This document shows, one piece after another, positions 39,875-50,830 of a stretch of 64,000 nt of DNA. The position numbers and the translations under genes were made by a program. Source of the DNA: Octopus sinensis (Eukaryota); the NCBI RefSeq assembly GCF_006345805.1, contig NC_043017.1, positions 5,704,001 to 5,768,000 of the forward strand, given 5' to 3'. The notes beneath the pieces are model-generated. The model was not told the origin of the DNA and did no database searches. It saw only the letters and a list, made by a program, of their open reading frames with translations. Position 1 is the stretch's first letter. Every line of letters begins with the position of its first letter.

Positions 39875-40329
39875 CGTCAACTTTTATGCTAATATTTCCT
39901 TTCGGTGTTTTTATCGCCGCCATATTGATAAATTTGTCATCATAGAGTTTCTAGTTGTCACCTGACGACATGTTGTACTAGTCAATGGCTGCTTACTAAA
40001 GAGTTTTCAGATATTTTCCCCCAACTTCCAATATAAATTAGAGAAAAGAAAAAGAATTTCAAATGATGGTGCACGTAGACAGATAAGCAGGGAAGAAAAA
40101 GAGAAGGAAGGGGAGGAGGACTGACATAGAGGAAAAGGAGAGAAAAGATATCTTCTTAATTTAAACACCTGTTAATCTCATTTCTTTTGATTTAATTTGT
40201 ATTTAAAATATTTTCTAGGATTTCCTTTTCATCGCTTAGTTTCTTTCTTATTGCATGCACTTTTAGTGCAGATTATCTGCAGAAAATAAGCTCTGCCTTA
40301 TTCATTTTACAAGAATCAAAACTCGCTGA

Positions 40330-41990
40330 TTAATGGTTTCATATAAAATTCACCCAAAACACCTTACGCTCCTCCTCACATTTACACCCTGTCCCTATCC
40401 AGCTATGTCCGTCTCTGCACATCCCGACCACTGCTTCGTTGCAACTGTCCAACACACAATCATATACTACACTCAGCTTCTTTTTCTCTCTGGAAGCTAC
40501 CAGAAACAGCCAGGCAGGTCACTAGAAGTATCGTTTTCGGTATGTCTTCACATTCTCCACACGACAAAACTTCAATGACTCAAGTCTTATAAGTGGTTTA
40601 CTCGTAACTGCACTACAACTAGGAGGCATTCTCCCGGTGGCGCAACTCTTGTAAGCCAGTGCACAAGGGACGCCTTCGTTCATCACACGGTCCGTAAGCT
40701 TTTCTGCCTCCCAAACTGCAATGGATTCTTTTGGTCCCTTAAGAAAACAATGTCCACCAACTTTGTGGAGTCTTTTTTTCATCTTCTGCTAAGGTTTGTA
40801 GCTTAGGGGTTAGTGTATTGGACTTATGAGCGTAAGATTGTGGTTTCAATTTCTGGACTGGCAATGCATCGTGTTCTTGAGCAAAACGCTTCATATCATG
40901 TTGCTCCAGTCCACTCAGCTGACATATACGCCACAGAAACCGGAAAACTGGCCTTATGAATTTATATGACCCAAGTCGGAGATTTATCCGTTTTTTTTTT
41001 CAAATACCTTTTCTCTTATTATAAACAGTGATGCTCTGCTAGTGGTACCTATATGGAGAAAGCCTCCACGTCCACTGCCCTTTTTGCATCCAACTCCACA
41101 CTATACATACTTGGCCAATCACCACAAATACCACTTTCCACTCCCCCAGACTCCCCAACCTGCTTACACAGATGTCAAAATACGGAAATCTCAACAGTTG
41201 CTTCACACAAAAAGCCCTCCAGTCTTGACAATATCCTTTCTATCACACTCAAGCGTTACGCCCCAGAACTTTCGCTTCTACCAAACAAAAATCTTCAATC
41301 TCATGCTCTCGTGCATCAGGAGATATTCCCTGATATCCGGAAACGTACCTTAGTATGTCTCGTTCCCCTCTGATCCAGCCAACTATGGTCCTATCGTTCT
41401 CACCTCTCTGATCTCTAAGGTAATGGAGACAACCATTTAGAATGACATTCTGCAACACCATGAATCTGTCACTCACTCACTCACTCACTCATTCTCTCTC
41501 CCCCTCTCTCTCTTCTTCAAGCAAAAGCGTGTCCTTAGCATAGTTAAAATTACATCCGAAAAGCTGGTTCTTCTCTTCTACGCCAGAAAATAGTTCATCT
41601 CCAAACAGCCTGCTGACACTGTACAAGACTTAAGTGAGACCCTCTTATGAAATACTGATCCTACATTTCGGACGATGTTGCTACAATGCATATAAACACT
41701 CTGGACGCATCCAGAGAAGGGTCACTCGACTAATTGGTATTAATTACTTACGGACGCGATCCACAAGCATGCTGCCTTCTGTTGGTTTTTTTTTTTTTCA
41801 ATCGCTACTATAATGGCTTCTGCTTCTCAGCCCTGGTCGCATATTCCTGTTACTCAGGCACCACCAACCCACTCGTTTTTACACATCCCTCCACTCTTGA
41901 AACATCCGACTCTTTTGATCCCTAACTAACTATTTTGCACAGTCCTTCTGCACTACAATATAGTTCCTTTGGAATCTCTCCTGGAGTAGC
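40330..41990 (+). mobile_element. Decayed CR1/L2-group LINE ORF2 fragments
   Basis: Translations RKLFCLPNCNGFFWSLKK, EKASTSTALFASNSTL, LKRYAPEL, DPANYGPIVLTSLISKVMETT and a C-terminal LLTLYKT.VRP...RIQRRVTRLI match CR1-type ORF2; interrupted by a SINE (40797) and missing the central RT near 41460-41520. Confidence 0.78.
40797..40960 (+). mobile_element. SINE family C inserted in the CR1 relic
   Basis: GTAAGATTGTGGTTTCAATT...GTGTTCTTGAGCAAAAC...GTTGCTCCAGTCCACTCAGCTG. Confidence 0.82.
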
Positions 41991-42010
41991 TGACGAGCAA
42001 TAGTTTAAAC

Positions 42011-42263
42011 CAATGTTTCTCAACCATTTTTACCTATAGACCCCTTGAATTTCAATTTTACTCTACTGGACCCTCATACCCATTCAGCGTTTTAGAAAAA
42101 CCTATCATATTTTCATTATTAAATATTATTAGGAGTTGTATAAAATGTCGTTTAAATAATTTGTGTATTGAAGAAGTATAACCAGTTTATTGCACATAAA
42201 CTTTGACAGCAAAATCTTACATGGACACTCAAGGGCCATGCGGATCTCGGTTGAGAACCGCTG
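42011..42263. mobile_element. hAT-type MITE, uninterrupted copy
   Basis: CAATGTTTCTCAACC and GGTTGAGAACCGCTG termini; flanking 8-mers GTTTAAAC and GTTTAAAT. Confidence 0.88.
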
Positions 42264-42520
42264 GTTTAAATGAAACCTTAACGTAATCAAACCCACTGGT
42301 CACGAAGGACCTACAAAAGTCATATGTAATGCCTCTTCTTCCAGACCCATTAAGTACAAAAAAAAAATGTGGGGTCTGTGTGAGATTGTGTGAATTCAAT
42401 GATATTCACGTCATTCTCAGAATGACCAAGGAAACCAAACAAGCACTTACCTCTGATATTTTACCAGTAAATGCCAAAACCTCTGGTTAAACCTACTAAT
42501 AATTGTTCCTTTACTTGTCA

Positions 42521-42726
42521 GGCGGCGAGATGGCAGGATCGTTAGCACGCCAGGCAAAATGCTTAGCGCCACTTCGTCCATCTTTACTTTCTGAGTCAAA
42601 CTCCGCCGAGGTCGACTTTTAATCCTTCTGGGGTCGATAAAATAAGGACCAATTGTGCACTAGGTTCAACGTAATCGACTTAGTCCTCCCCAGAAATTGC
42701 AAGCCTTGTGCCAAAATTTGAAACCA
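42521..42726 (+). mobile_element. SINE family A
   Basis: GGCGGCGAGATGGCAGG head through the CCAAAATTTGAAACC tail. Confidence 0.88.
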
Positions 42727-42782
42727 ATTATTATTCCTTTAGTTAACAGAGCCAATAGCGGAGCGTCTATGTGATCGCACAT

Positions 42783-42967
42783 GCTGCTAGCAATATCAGC
42801 CAAATCTCTCTCAAATCCATCTTTCTTATCATACAAATGAAAAGTCACATTGAATAACATAGTCCTTGATATCCCAGGTCTTAATGATAAAAGACAGCAT
42901 TGATCATGGTTGGAAAACCTTTGATCATGGGTCTACCGGATTTGGGCTAACCAACAACAACAACAAA
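42783..42967 (+). repeat. Dispersed repeat family E
   Basis: GCTAGCAATATCAGCCAAATCTCTCTCAAATC...GGTTGGAAAACCTTTGATCATGGG...GGGCTAACCAACAACAAC. Confidence 0.72.
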
Positions 42968-43419
42968 CTTCAATTGCCAACACAAAATTGACATTAACTT
43001 CAATCAGTTCTAGTTATCCCTATAATTCCAACCCAAGTGATGCTTACTATCCTCTCTTTCTTCTACAAGATGCATCAAAGAATTTTAGAAATGTTTGATG
43101 AATGACTACAAGAAAGGGATGCTGGTTTACAGACTCGATTTTCGTGCAGCTTCAATGAAGGAACCATGATTTTCTCAATCTGGTAGATGAGGAAACTTGG
43201 ATTGTGTGATATTCATTCTCTTGTTAGGTGTATTAGTCATGCAGGTTAAGAGAAATCACTCCAATCAGATATCGAATTAGAGATTTTTATTATCTTTATT
43301 TAGATTATTTAACCAGACGATCCCCGGTGGATGTGTAAAGGTATCCCATACGCAAGGTAATACTGAAATATTATTTGTGACTGTACCTGTATAAATCTTG
43401 TATAAACACTCTTGTATAT

Positions 43420-43778
43420 ATAGGCGCAGGTGTGGCTATGTGGTAAGAAGTTTGCTTCCTAACCACATGGTTCTGGCTTCAGTCCCGCAACGTGTCACCT
43501 TGGCTAAGTGTCCTCTACTATAACCTCGAGTCGACCAAAGCCTTGTGAGTGGATTCGGTACATGGAAACTGAAAGAATCTCGTCTGTGTGTGTGCGTGTA
43601 TGTGTGTATGTGTTTGGGCCCCCACACCACTTGACAACCGGTATTGGTTTGTTTAGGTCCCCGTAATCTAGTGGTTCAGCAAAAGAGACCGCCACCGTAA
43701 GTGCCAGGCTCAAAAAAGTGCTGGACGCTGTGCTCCAGCATGGCCACAGTCTAATGACTGAAATAAGTAAAGGATAAT
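43420..43778 (+). mobile_element. SINE family B (CORE-like), full length
   Basis: TAGGCGCAGGTGTGGCTATGTGGTAAG head, GTGTCACCTTGGCTAAGTGTC CORE-like block, internal (GT)n, GCTCCAGCATGGCCACAGTCTAATGACTGAAA tail. Confidence 0.88.
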
Positions 43779-43874
43779 AGATGAAAGATACTAATGTTCG
43801 GAGACACTTAGAAATATATCAAGACACACATAAACATATACACTTGCACAGGGATATGCACACACACAAAGAAA

Positions 43875-43907
<33 letters not shown>

Positions 43908-44018
43908 TCAGACACACACACAAGTCTAAAAGGTGAAACTTGACGTAGTCAAGTCAGAATAGTTAATAAATGTTTCTGATGACTTCCATTATTAATAATA
44001 CAAGCACGCACACGCGCA

Positions 44019-44064
<46 letters not shown>

Positions 44065-44499
44065 GTGTGGGTGTAGAGAAATAGAGATGAAACGGGGGAA
44101 ACATGAGAATTGAAGAAGAGATATAGCAGGCAAAAGCCGCTATTTGTTAGGATCAATTTTCATGTTTATAAAATTTGTCTAGATATTAGCCGTTGTAGAT
44201 ATTTATAAGTTAATGTGTGTATATGGTTTTCGTAAACTTGTACATGTATCAAGTTATATTAATGAATGTAGGTAAATAATCACGTTAAAGTGCAAACGGA
44301 CATCTTTACACCCATTACGCTATATTACATAGAAACACTCAGACACACACCCACACGCACCGAATATAGCAAAGTCTCACATGAACAATGTAGTGAGTGG
44401 AAAGACTTCAATGACACGAGCTTATTACCCAAGCTGATAGCGGACCAAATCTCTCTGTCTGTCTGCTGTCGCATTCGAGAAGAGTACAACTGTCGAGCG

Positions 44500-44811
44500 A
44501 ATCTGTAATTAAGATCGTTCCGCCGACCTCCCTGAATAGGGAGGAGCGAGCCTGTTTTCTCTCGGTTGTTGCTGTTGCGAAAGAGGTAGTATAGAAGACG
44601 AGAGTGAAAGGAATTGCAACGGGCATGTTCATCTCCAGTCGCGAGCTAATCGACTTTTTCGTTTTCCACATGAAACGGAAAATAAGGCTGGAGAAGAAAT
44701 GCCCGTCGCAAAGTGTGTTTAGTAAAAGATGGAAGTCTATAGCAAGTATGTTGCGAGTGAAAGAACCTGTTTAAAAGAAAATGTAAAAAAGGAGAAAGCA
44801 AAGTCTTCAAT
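44500..44811 (+). other. CpG-rich structured island; candidate 5' UTR and first coding exon
   Basis: Non-repetitive and visibly CpG-dense; long hairpin at 44614-44711; ATG at 44729 in AAGATGG context with an in-frame upstream TAA; reads MEVYSKYVASERTCLKENVKKEKAKSS to a GTGAGT donor at 44812. No homology recognised. Confidence 0.3.
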
Positions 44812-45127
44812 GTGAGTATGTGGTTAGTGGGGTCAACCGCGTCCTCCGCTTAATTTTTTGTTAATCATTCATTTTCATTTAATTGTATATATTTTAATTG
44901 TTTCTTTATTCATACGTTTTGTCTCATTCGATAGCCTGACCCCCAACGTTTGTTTTGTCTGTCCCCGTATTGTCCACTCTTTTTCTCAAACTTATGGTGA
45001 ATAAAGAAATTCTCTCTCTCTCCCTCTCTTTCCCTTTCTATCTCTCTCTCCCCCTCTCTCTCTCACTGGATACCAACATGTCCTTTAGGTCTATTCTTGT
45101 GACTACAATATTTAATGTGACCATTAA

Positions 45128-45470
45128 GGCGTCGAGCTGGCGAAATCGTTATCGCGCCCGGAAAGATGTTTAGCGAAATTTCTTCAATATTAACGTTCGT
45201 CTTTACCTTCCATCCATTCGGGGTCGATAAAATAAGCACTGGACTCGATGAAATCGACTTGCCCCTCCTTCGAAATTCCTGGGCTTACGCCAAAAATTGA
45301 AATCAATATTTACTGTGTCCATTAAGGCAGCAAACTGGTGGAATTGTCAGCACGCTGAGCAAAATGCTTCGCGACATTTCTTCCGACTTTACGATCTGAA
45401 TTCAATTTCCGCTGAGATGACTTTATCTTTCATCCTTTCTAGATTGATAAATTAAGTACCAGTTGAGGAG
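45128..45470 (+). mobile_element. Two tandem SINE family A copies
   Basis: Heads at about 45128 and 45326, each preceded by a similar CAATATTTA.TGTG.CCATTAAGGC flank. Confidence 0.82.
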
Positions 45471-45699
45471 GTATCGCCATGACAACTTGCTCTGTGATGG
45501 TCAAAGTGACAATCACACGCTACACATGTTCCTTCGAAGCACTGCTGTAAATAGCGGAAGTGAGCTAGAACGTTAAAATTTAGTGCGCATGCACAGCAGA
45601 GTTCAAGGTCAATTTGTGCTGAGCGACTCTACTCTGCGTTCTTTAGCTTCGTTACTATGGCAACAGTCCGCATACTTATTGATCAGACCTCGTATACAA

Positions 45700-45822
45700 T
45701 ATAATAATGCATAATACATACATAGATACATACATACATACATACAAACATATATACATACATATATACACATACATACACACATACATGCATACATACA
45801 TACATTACATACACACATACAC

Positions 45823-45855
<33 letters not shown>

Positions 45856-45933
45856 CACAAACATACACACATACACACATACATTCATACATACATACAT
45901 TCATACATACATACATTACATACACACATACAC

Positions 45934-45966
<33 letters not shown>

Positions 45967-46632
45967 CACATACATACACACATACACACATACATACACA
46001 CATACATACATGCATACATACATTCATTACATACACACATACATACATACATACATTACATACACATACATACATACATACAAACATACATACATATATA
46101 CACATACATACACACATACACATACACATACACACATACATACATGCATACATACATTCATTACATACACACATACATACATACATTACATACACATACA
46201 TACATACATACATACATATATACACATACATACACACATACACACATACATACACACATACATGCATACATACATACATTACATACACACATACATACAT
46301 ACATTACATACACACATACACACACACATACATGCATACATACATACATTACATACACACATACATACATACATTACATACACACATACACACACATACA
46401 TACATACATACATACACATACATACACACATACACACATACACACATACATACACACATACATACATACATACATTACATACATACATACATACATACAT
46501 ACACACATACATACACACATACGTACATGCATACATACATACATTACATACACACATACATACATTACATACACACATACATACATTACATACACACATA
46601 CACACACACATACATACATATATACATACATT
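45700..46632. repeat. Compound (TACA)/(CA) microsatellite with higher-order structure
   Basis: About 930 bp of HT/YI-coding repeat with recurring CATTACAT and ATGCAT landmarks. Confidence 0.95.
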
Positions 46633-47054
46633 TATATAGTGCGTGTATGTGCTTCTATTGGCGTATTTGCTGATTGTGTCTCTGCTTTTAAATCTTATCT
46701 TCTTGTTCTTATTTTTTATTTACTATTTTTCAATTCTCGTAAACAAGATGTTTTCGTTTTATCTTTATGTATATTATATAATTTAAATGTGACTATTTAT
46801 TATAGTGTATTACTGTTTTATATTTAAATCACTACTTTATATTACATTATAAATTTTTTTCTGTTAAATATCTTTCTTTGCATTTTGTCTTTCATGTTTA
46901 CATTTTTATCCACAATTTTTCATAAGTTCAATAATTTTATGTCTGTATTGCTTACTCAAACTCAAAAGGTGTACGAATCAGGTTCAGAATTGACATCATT
47001 TCTGCCGTTTGCTATCTATTTTCTTATTTATACACGCATAGGTACATATATTGT

Positions 47055-47304
47055 AGAGGCGCGTGGCTTAGTGGTTAGGGTGTCAGCATCACGATCGTAA
47101 GATTGTGGTTTCGATTCCTGGACCGGGCGACGCGTTGTGTTCTTGAGCAAAACACTTCATTTCACGCTGCTCCAGTTCACTCAGCTGGCAAAAATGAGTA
47201 ACACTGCGATGGACTGGCGTCCCGTCCAGCTGGGGAACACATACGCCATTGAAACCGGGCCCATGAGCTTGGCTAGGCTTTGAAAAGGGCGCAAGAAGAA
47301 GAAG
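47055..47304 (+). mobile_element. SINE family C, well preserved, V-SINE-like
   Basis: A box TGGCTTAGTGG, B box GGTTTCGATTCC, body GTGTTCTTGAGCAAAACACTT, CTGCGATGGACTGGCGTCCCGTCCAG (resembles the V-SINE central domain), (AAG)n tail. Confidence 0.88.
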
Positions 47305-47424
47305 GCGCATATATTAGAGGTAGGAATAAATATTTCGTAGATATAACGTGAATATTTATTTATAAGCATTCAACAACGTGCTCAATGAAACTAAGATAAA
47401 AATATCGTTTCATATAAAGAATAT

Positions 47425-47552
47425 AGGAATGGCTCTGTCCTAAGAATCCTGCTTCCCAGCCAAATAGTTCCGAATTCAGCCCCACTGCATGACACCTTGG
47501 GTCCACCAAAGACTCGTGAGTTGTTTTCGTAGACGGAAACTGAAAGGCCGTC

Positions 47553-47555
<3 letters not shown>
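47425..47555 (+). mobile_element. SINE family B 5' half, degenerate
   Basis: CCCACTGCATGACACCTTGGG...GTAGACGGAAACTGAAAGGCCGTCGTATA, then (AT)n. Confidence 0.72.
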
Positions 47556-47589
<34 letters not shown>

Positions 47590-47591
<2 letters not shown>

Positions 47592-48480
47592 AGGAAAGCA
47601 AAAGCAAGTGGAAATCATCAGGAATGGAGAGAACTTGACAAGCAGTACAACAGACAGGCACTAGAGGCCAAGAGGAACCATCTGGACCAGATATGTCTGG
47701 AGGCGGAAGATGCGTCACAGAAAGGTGACATCAAGTCTGTTTTTTGTTTGGTGAAGGAATTGAGTAGAAAGAGGAAGTGGACTCCACGTAGTGACGTCAT
47801 CAACGATAAAGTAGGTAACATCCTGACATAGGAAGAGGACATCAAAGCTAGGTGGAGGAAATACAGCACCGATTTGTACAGACAGAGGCAGGAAGATCTT
47901 CCCGCTGCACTCGCTGTAGCCGAAGACAGAGAACCAGAACAACTCAAAGAAGAAGTGAGGCAAGCGCTGTACCATACCAAGAACGGGAAGAGCCCTTGCG
48001 TGGATGAACTTTCCATCGAGGTATGGAAGGCGACGGGAGATATTGGGATAGAACTGTTGTGGAGACTGTGTATCAAGATCTGGAACGACGTGGAGTAGCC
48101 GATCGACTGGTGTCGTGCAGTCTTCGTACCAATACCAAAGAAAGGCAACCCATGCGAGTGCTCTAACCATCAAACCATCAACCTCATTGTTCACGCAAGC
48201 AAGATCCTGCTGCGAATCATCGTAGGTAGACTGCAGCGGAAATATAGCAGTGTCATTGCTGAGGAACAAGCTGGCTTCGTCAAGGGCAGAGGAACAAGGA
48301 AACAGATAGTCAACATCAGGATGATGATCGAGAAGTTTAAGGAGTGTAACATCCCTCTTTACGTGTGTTTCATCGACTACTCTAAGGCCTTCAACTGTGT
48401 GAGACACAGCAAGCTGCGGGACGTCATGAAGGACATGGGATTTCCTGAACACTTAGTCGCACTGTTGGCGCAACTATAGC
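47590..48480 (+). pseudogene. RTE-clade (BovB-like) LINE ORF2 fragment: linker and N-terminal RT
   Basis: Frame reads ...RWRKYSTDLY...KEEVRQALYHTKNGKSPCVDELSIEVWKA...DWCRAVFVPIPKKGNPCECSNHQTINLIVHASKILLRII...EEQAGFVKGRGTRKQIVNIRMMIEK...YVCFIDYSKAFNCVRH, matching RTE RT motifs, with a few in-frame stops. Confidence 0.92.
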
Positions 48481-48489
48481 AATTTAAAG

Positions 48490-49260
48490 AAGACACAGAG
48501 AAAAAGAAAAAAAACAAGCTAATGTGGTGACGTAGCGCAAGCAATGTATTAGTATGACGCTCAGAGAACGAAGAGAGTAGTTGTTTTACGTTTCGAGCAT
48601 AGCTCTTCTACAGAAATAGGAAAAACAGGAAACTCCAAAGGGAAAGAAGGAAGAATGAGGGAAGAAATTGCCAACAGTCAATGTGAGGTTACATTTCTGA
48701 GGTGACCGGAAGTAGAAGGAATGAATAGAAAGTGCTTTCTGAGACAGGCGAGTGTGAAGTGTGTGTGTGTGTGTGTGTGTGATGTCATGTGTATATATGG
48801 TAGCGTGTGAGTGTGTTTCAGTAACTGCGTGTATGTGTGTAGGTGGTGTGTGTGCGTGTGGTAGTAACTGTGTGTGTTTGTATGAGTACTCTGTGGGTAT
48901 GTGTGAGTGTGTGTGTGTGGTAGGATCTGTATGAGTGTGTGTTAATGTCGCTCTGAGAGGTTAGCATCTATATTGACAGGTGTGTGTATGGGTGGGTGTG
49001 GCTGTGTGTGTGTGTGTGTGTGTGTATGTGAGTGTGTGTTTGCCTGTGTGTGTAGATGGAAAAGTGAACAGTGTGAGAGATAGTCTGAAGTTAGAGTGAG
49101 AGACAGTCTTTTGGGTGTGTGAATAAGTGGGTGTGGCTATGTGAATGGGTGGGTGTGGTTTTGTGTGTGTGTGTGTATGTGTTTCTATGTGTACGTAGAT
49201 AGAGTGGGAATATGTATATATGTGTCTGTGCGCATATGTACTTTTAGTAGAAAGGATAAT
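48490..49260 (-). mobile_element. Penelope-like terminal-repeat fragment with GT-rich region
   Basis: Minus strand TTTCTGTAGAAGAGCTATGCTCGAAACGTAAAAC resembles the hammerhead-bearing Penelope terminus; no ORF recognised and the extent is uncertain. Confidence 0.5.
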
Positions 49261-49274
49261 TTTTTTTTGTCTTT

Positions 49275-49760
49275 ATCACAGGTTTTGTTGGAGCTCCTGG
49301 AGTTTTGAATGCGGAGCGGGCTTGCTACCTACAGCTATGGTACCATGCTTTCCGTTCTTTTCAGCTCTCTAATACTTACCTGATTATTCTGACCGTGTTA
49401 AGGAGGCAAGCCTCTTGCAACAGTTCTACAGGGCACTCTATTCCAATTTCCTTTATATTCCTCTTGATACCTTCAGATACTGTTCCCAAGAGCCCAACAG
49501 TAATTGACACTATCTTCACCTTCTTCATTTTCAATCTCCGGTCTATTTCGTACTTAAGATCTATCTATCTTTTCGCCTTCCTTCTTCACTATTCGTGGGT
49601 CAAGGGAGCATGCAACATCAACTGTATAGCACATGTGGTGCACCTTGTCCACCATCTCTGGGTCCTGTCTGTTATGCTCTAGCACCTGATCTGTTTGGAT
49701 TGGAAAGTCCCAGAGGATTTTGCTAGTCTCCGACTCCGCCACTCTCTGTCTTGCCTCTCT
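49275..49760 (-). mobile_element. R4/Dong 3' end (restriction-like endonuclease domain)
   Basis: ORF 49554-49742 SKILWDFPIQTDQVLEHNRQDPEMVDK...VDVACSLD is the ILWDF..TD...HNRPD REL motif; it continues as VSITVGLLGTVS...LLQEACLLNTVRIIR. Confidence 0.9.
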
Positions 49761-49770
49761 TTAGCCCCCA

Positions 49771-49788
49771 CTATTATTATTATTATTA

Positions 49789-49849
<61 letters not shown>

Positions 49850-49918
49850 GTTATTATTATTATTATTATTATTGTTATTATTATTATTATATGATTTATT
49901 ATTATTATTCTTATTGTA

Positions 49919-49995
<77 letters not shown>

Positions 49996-50015
49996 GTTAT
50001 TATTATATTTTTGTA

Positions 50016-50049
<34 letters not shown>

Positions 50050-50059
50050 GTTATTATGG

Positions 50060-50110
<51 letters not shown>

Positions 50111-50140
50111 GTTATTTATTATTATTATTATTGTATTTTA

Positions 50141-50184
<44 letters not shown>

Positions 50185-50467
50185 TATTATTATTATTTAT
50201 TATTATTATTATTATTATTATGTTATTATTATTATTATTATTATGTTATTATTATTATTATTATTGTTATTATTATTATTATTAATTGTTATTATTATTA
50301 TTATTATTGTTATTATTATATTATTATTATTATTATTATATTATTATTATTATTATTATTATTATTTATATTATTATTATTGTTATCTTATTCTTATTAT
50401 ATTATTATATTATTATATTATTATTATTGTTATTATATTATTATTATTATTGTTATTCTTATTATTA

Positions 50468-50514
<47 letters not shown>

Positions 50515-50620
50515 GTTATTATATTATTGTTATTGTTATTTTATATTATTTTATTATAATTATTATATTATTATTATTATTATTATTATCATTATTATTA
50601 TTATTATTATTATTATTAAA
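49771..50620. repeat. About 850 bp degenerate (TAT)n [(TAA)n on minus] array
   Basis: Direct inspection; source of the poly-I/L/Y ORFs. Confidence 0.95.
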
Positions 50621-50830
50621 GCAGCTAGATAACTGAACCGTTAGCGCTGGACAAAATGCTTAACGTCATTACTTCCGGTTCTTCACGTTCTGCGTTCAAA
50701 TTCCGCCGAAGTTGATTTTGTCTTACATCCTTTCGGGGTCAATATAATATATGCCAGTCCAGTGTTGGAACCGATGTAATCGACTAATCTGCTCCCTTAA
50801 AATTGTTGGCCTTGAATCAAAATTTGAAAC
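50620..50830 (+). mobile_element. SINE family A, degenerate
   Basis: GACAAAATGCTTAAC...GTTCTGCGTTCAAATTCCGCCGAAG...CATCCTTTCGGGGTCAAT. Confidence 0.8.

Noticed and set aside
42452-42500. Minus-strand donor GAG|GTAAGT with an open frame FNQRFWHLLVKYQ
   Set aside because: No convincing polypyrimidine acceptor, and it is sandwiched between repeats.
44408-44671. 87-aa minus-strand ORF with a weak signal-peptide-like segment
   Set aside because: No recognisable motif or neuropeptide cleavage pattern; overlaps the better-supported plus-strand structure. Worth revisiting only if minus-strand transcripts exist.
45707-46639. 310-aa His/Thr/Tyr/Ile-rich ORF and the many similar long ORFs (YI, CV, poly-L/I/Y/S/E) across the track
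   Set aside because: Direct translations of (TACA)n, (AT)n, (TAT)n and (TCT)n microsatellites, which lack stops in some frames; no domain content.
47055-47135. tRNA-like A and B boxes (also at 250, 26393, 43420 and others)
   Set aside because: Heads of SINEs followed by conserved bodies; no complete cloverleaf, so not called as tRNA genes.
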